Source of the DNA: an uncultured Alphaproteobacteria bacterium | GTDB lineage: Bacteria; Pseudomonadota; Alphaproteobacteria; HIMB59 | DNA: 64,000 bases | NCBI GenBank assembly: GCA_902528805.1 | Contig: CABZUC010000001.1 | Span: 16,908 to 80,907, forward strand | Direction: 5' to 3' | Shown: positions 60,608-64,000 of the stretch, piece by piece | Layout: each line of letters opens with the position of its first letter | How positions within the stretch are numbered: the stretch's first letter is position 1 | Notes under the pieces: model-generated | Seen by the model: only the letters and a program-made list of their open reading frames with translations | The model's database searches: none | What the model was told of the DNA's origin: nothing | Made by a program: the position numbers and the translations under genes

Positions 60608-61945
60608 TTAATAATAAGTATTATCTAGTAATGATAATATATTTTTTTTGTCCTTGAACTCTTCAATTAACAAGTCTGCTGGATTTTTTTGTTTTTCAAT
60701 AATGCTATTTAATTTTTCTAAATGGATACTTTCATCTCTACCATCAGAATTAAGATACCCTCTTTTTTCTAATCCTTTTTTTGACAAACTTAATAGTTTT
60801 TTACCATGCTCATATAGGGGTGAATTCATAAAGTTACTGTTTAACCCCTCAGATGGAACATCCTGATACAAATTTAATATGTCATTTGCTTGCCAAGTGC
60901 TAGTTTCCTTCCATAAGGAGTCGAGATTTTCATCATCATAAAGTATGCCAATCCAAAAAGCAGGCAATGCACAAATCATTTCCCATTTTCCTGCATCTGC
61001 TCCCCTAAGTTCGATATAAGACTTTAATCTGACTTCAGTAAAAATTGTAGATAAGTGATTTATCCAATCTTGAATTGTTAAATTATACTCCAAAATTTCT
61101 TTATTTGAGACACTTTTAGTAAGTAATTCATCAAATGTGTAATCAGTAGTATCTAAATATTTTCCATTTATTTTTAAAAAATAGTTTTTAACTTTTAGAA
61201 CAAAATCAATATATTCTTCAATCGTAAAATTTTTATTTAAAAATGACTTTTTAATTCCACACCTTTGATTATCTGTGTCTTGCCAAGTAAAAATTCGATT
61301 ACTAACTAGGTCATTATGTTTTGACTCACGAAAAGGAGAATTACAAAATATACCCATCACAATTGGTTGGATCCTATTAGCAATAACAAATTTTTTAATT
61401 AAATCATTTTCATTAAAATAATCCAAATTTGCTTGAACTGTGCAGGTTCTTGTCATCATATCTAAACCTCTAGAACCAACTTTTGGCATGTATTCTCTCA
61501 TAATTTTATAACGTTCTTTTGGAATAAAAGATAAATCCTCTAATTTACTTATTGGGTCGAAACCAAGACCTAATATGCATAATTTATTTAACTCAGCATA
61601 TTCCTCTAGTTCTCTTAAATGCTCATAGGACTCAGTACATGTTTGATGAACATTTTTTAAAATTTTCCCAGATAATTCCAACTGACAACCTGGTTCTAAA
61701 GTAATACTTGCACCATTTTTAGATAAAGATATTAGTTGATTAAAGCTGTTATATTCATTTTTCTGCCAGCCTTTTGATAAAAAAAATTGAAATAAATTTT
61801 GAACACTCACCTCACCATCAAATTTAAGTCTTTTATAATCTTTAGTATAAAAAATAAATTTTTCGTGCTCTGTTCCTATCCCTTTATATTCAGGTTTAGT
61901 AAAACTGGAATGGAAATAATTTATAAGATCTGTTTTTTGTAACAA
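60608..61945 (-). CDS. gshA: Glutamate-cysteine ligase (alphaproteobacterial/plant type)
   Basis: IGTEHEKF, LEPG.QLELSG, PK.RY..M, TCTVQANLD and EVRLK.YIELRGAD. Confidence 0.95.
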   Translation of the reverse strand: MLQKTDLINYFHSSFTKPEYKGIGTEHEKFIFYTKDYKRLKFDGEVSVQNLFQFFLSKGWQKNEYNSFNQLISLSKNGASITLEPGCQLELSGKILKNVHQTCTESYEHLRELEEYAELNKLCILGLGFDPISKLEDLSFIPKERYKIMREYMPKVGSRGLDMMTRTCTVQANLDYFNENDLIKKFVIANRIQPIVMGIFCNSPFRESKHNDLVSNRIFTWQDTDNQRCGIKKSFLNKNFTIEEYIDFVLKVKNYFLKINGKYLDTTDYTFDELLTKSVSNKEILEYNLTIQDWINHLSTIFTEVRLKSYIELRGADAGKWEMICALPAFWIGILYDDENLDSLWKETSTWQANDILNLYQDVPSEGLNSNFMNSPLYEHGKKLLSLSKKGLEKRGYLNSDGRDESIHLEKLNSIIEKQKNPADLLIEEFKDKKNILSLLDNTYY

Positions 61946-62530
61946 TTAAAACACACTATTTTTATGGAAATTACATTTTGTTATTTGATTTGAATAGTCC
62001 TTTGCCTGGCGCTCTACTTTTTTTGCCACATCAAGTAGCCATTTTTTTTTATTATAGGATTGTTTCTGAAATCCTCCTTTTCCCTCATGATAGGCGAGAT
62101 AATGATTGTAGACATCGCCTTTATTAATTTTTAATAATCGATAACTTCCATCAACATACCATCCAATGAAATCAATCGCATCTTTGAAATTTTTTCTATC
62201 AGCATTAAAGTTTTTTGTAGAAACTTTATATTCTTCCCATGTCCCATCTAAAGCTTGGCTATAACCATAAGCACTTGAAGGTCGTAAACCTGGTATAAAA
62301 CCTAATAACTTTTTTCTCGGAGGTCTTGCCGTTCTCTCAAAAGAAGACTCTTGTTTGATAAAACTTAATTGTAAACTAACAGGCACACCCCATTTTTCTT
62401 TTGTTTTTTCTGCGTATGATTTCCACTTAGGATTAGTTTTAAAAATATCACAAATATTTGAGGTATTAAAAGATCGATCTGTTGTGATACATCCCGATAA
62501 GAACAGAGTAAGGATAATTAAATATTTCAC
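61946..62530 (-). CDS. Lipoprotein with transglycosylase SLT-like domain
   Basis: Lipobox LSGC, QES.F...ARPP, SSAYGY.QA.D.TW and YLAYHEG. Confidence 0.85.
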   Translation of the reverse strand: MKYLIILTLFLSGCITTDRSFNTSNICDIFKTNPKWKSYAEKTKEKWGVPVSLQLSFIKQESSFERTARPPRKKLLGFIPGLRPSSAYGYSQALDGTWEEYKVSTKNFNADRKNFKDAIDFIGWYVDGSYRLLKINKGDVYNHYLAYHEGKGGFQKQSYNKKKWLLDVAKKVERQAKDYSNQITKCNFHKNSVF

Positions 62531-63882
62531 TAATTGAAATTTTTCCTTAAGAATTCACTCATTATTTCCAATCCCTGTAATGCTGCACCATTAGATCCTA
62601 ATATTGAGCCTTGAGACCAGGCATAAGTATCAAAATGTAGCCAAGGTGTTTCAGATGTATTCAAAAATTCTTTTAAAAAAAGTGCTGCTGTGATAGATCC
62701 AGCCATACCATCCAAAGAAGCATTACTTAATTCTGCAACTTGCGATTTAATCTTTTTTAGATAGGGTTGGTATAAGGGTAGTCTCCAACATCTTAGTTTT
62801 TCTTTGTTTAAATTATCAATTTTTTTTGCAATTAATTCATTGTTACAAAAATAAGCAGGTAAGTCCTCCCCTAAAGCAATTCTAGCTGCACCAGTAAGGG
62901 TTGCAAAATCAATAATCATACTTGGGTTATAAGACATCGCTTTTTCAATAGCATCTGCCAATAAAAGTCTTCCCTCGGCATCCGTGTGTGCAATTTCAAC
63001 TGACTTCCCTGATGCTGATTTGTAGACGTCACCTGGTCTCATTGATTTAGAGGATACTGAGTTCTCAGCTAAAGGAGCAATTAAAACTATTTTAGTTTTT
63101 TTTAGCAAGTAATTTGCCAATAAAAATAATGATATTGCAATAGCAGAACCACCCATATCTTTTTTCATGTTTCGCATAGAGTTTCCTGGTTTAATATTTA
63201 CACCACCAGTGTCAAATGTGACTCCCTTACCAATAATGACGAGAGGCTTATCTTTTTGAAGAATTTTTTTATTTGTTATTTCTATTACTTTTGGTTTAAC
63301 AGATGAAGATTTACCAACAGCATAAGTAAGAGGAAATTGTGTACCTATATCTTTCTCAGAATATTCAACAAAATTAAATTTTTTAAACATCTGGTTACTT
63401 TTTATTTTTGTGTAATAAAATAATGGATTTAATTTGTTTGCAGGGCTGTTGATTAAATCTCTAGAAAAATTAATACACTGTGTGTAAAAAATAAGAAATT
63501 CTAATTCTTTTTGGTCTTTGATATACAATAAATTTTTTTTAGGTTTTGACTGAAAGTTGTAATTTCCCCATGCCCAAGCTTTATGTATCTCTGATTCTTT
63601 TGATTTGGCAAATTTTGCAAATATGTAGTAGTTACCGTTATTTAATGAGGAAAAAGAACTGACTCCCTCAAGATTTTGATCTACCCCCTCTCCTATGAGA
63701 ACCTCTTTTAGCCTTCCATCTTCATAAGGAACTTTAAGAATTTTTCCAGATTCTGCCTTGAAATTATTAGATAAAGACCAATTTTTAATAAATGATGATT
63801 GTTTTAAAAGCCATTTATCAAATTTGATTTGTGAAATGATAGATATTTTTGTAGAACACTCAGTATTGTCATTGGTAAACAT
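62530..63882 (-). CDS. Leucyl aminopeptidase (M17)
   Basis: GKGVTFDTGG, MKKDMGG, TDAEGRL and ATLTGA. Confidence 0.95.
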   Translation of the reverse strand: MFTNDNTECSTKISIISQIKFDKWLLKQSSFIKNWSLSNNFKAESGKILKVPYEDGRLKEVLIGEGVDQNLEGVSSFSSLNNGNYYIFAKFAKSKESEIHKAWAWGNYNFQSKPKKNLLYIKDQKELEFLIFYTQCINFSRDLINSPANKLNPLFYYTKIKSNQMFKKFNFVEYSEKDIGTQFPLTYAVGKSSSVKPKVIEITNKKILQKDKPLVIIGKGVTFDTGGVNIKPGNSMRNMKKDMGGSAIAISLFLLANYLLKKTKIVLIAPLAENSVSSKSMRPGDVYKSASGKSVEIAHTDAEGRLLLADAIEKAMSYNPSMIIDFATLTGAARIALGEDLPAYFCNNELIAKKIDNLNKEKLRCWRLPLYQPYLKKIKSQVAELSNASLDGMAGSITAALFLKEFLNTSETPWLHFDTYAWSQGSILGSNGAALQGLEIMSEFLRKNFN

Positions 63883-63909
63883 TGCTTATAATAAGGATAT
63901 TAGAAAAAA

Positions 63910-64000
63910 ATGAATAAACAACAAGCGGAAAAGAAAACAGTAAAATTTGAAACAGAGGTATCAAAACTTTTAGATATAGTAGCTAACTCACTTTATACAG
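63910..64000 (+). CDS. htpG: Chaperone HtpG (Hsp90), 5' fragment running off the window
   Basis: MNKQQAEKKTVKFETEVSKLLDIVANSLYT matches the Hsp90 N-terminal F.(A/T)EV..LL....SLY motif. Confidence 0.85.
   Translation, partial: MNKQQAEKKTVKFETEVSKLLDIVANSLYT

Noticed and set aside
2088-62537. Short antisense or out-of-frame ORFs in the track (e.g. 2088-2306, 8965-9240, 13430-13621, 16163-16547, 17846-18043, 27028-27552, 44611-44994, 52211-52718, 55642-55920, 58917-59216)
   Set aside because: They lie within or largely overlap well-supported genes and show no motifs, so they are shadow ORFs.
1-64000. CRISPR array, IS element, prophage, reverse transcriptase/DGR, rRNA
   Set aside because: No regularly spaced repeats, transposase, integrase, RT, phage structural genes or rRNA-like sequence were seen.

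Overview
AT-rich, densely packed chromosomal window from a streamlined marine alphaproteobacterium. The gene set (pyk, split pntAa/pntAb/pntB, short hisG, COQ9-rpsU) suggests a HIMB59/AEGEAN-169-like or other SAR11-like lineage; this is inference, not a database match. Most of the window is housekeeping: tRNA-Phe, rng, infA, hisDG, murA, clpB, bcp, pnt, a liv-type ABC transporter, zur, pepF, pyk, aspartate aminotransferase, uvrB, gshAB, an M17 peptidase and the start of htpG. The accessory zone at about 8-28 kb is centred on tRNA-Thr(GGT) at 17136-17210. Main observations: (1) a 2,070-bp integrase-less element on the 5' side of tRNA-Thr, bounded by a 39-bp direct repeat of the tRNA 5' half that ends exactly at the anticodon loop, with tandem 10-bp arm-like repeats at both ends and an SRA-like/HNH nuclease as cargo; (2) an array of secreted, mostly polysaccharide-lyase-like genes converging on the tRNA from both sides, sharing a mosaic N-terminal leader (MKTLL..LLLIPSLSWGLTFSDGKQ) that is conserved at DNA level; (3) a 26-aa, 9-Cys metallothionein-like micro-ORF missed by the ORF track, next to a reduced ATP-grasp/Anbu pair; (4) a ~110-nt structured ncRNA candidate with its own promoter; (5) orphan Zur boxes in a 460-bp gene-free gap. 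No rRNA, CRISPR array, transposase or integrase was seen.
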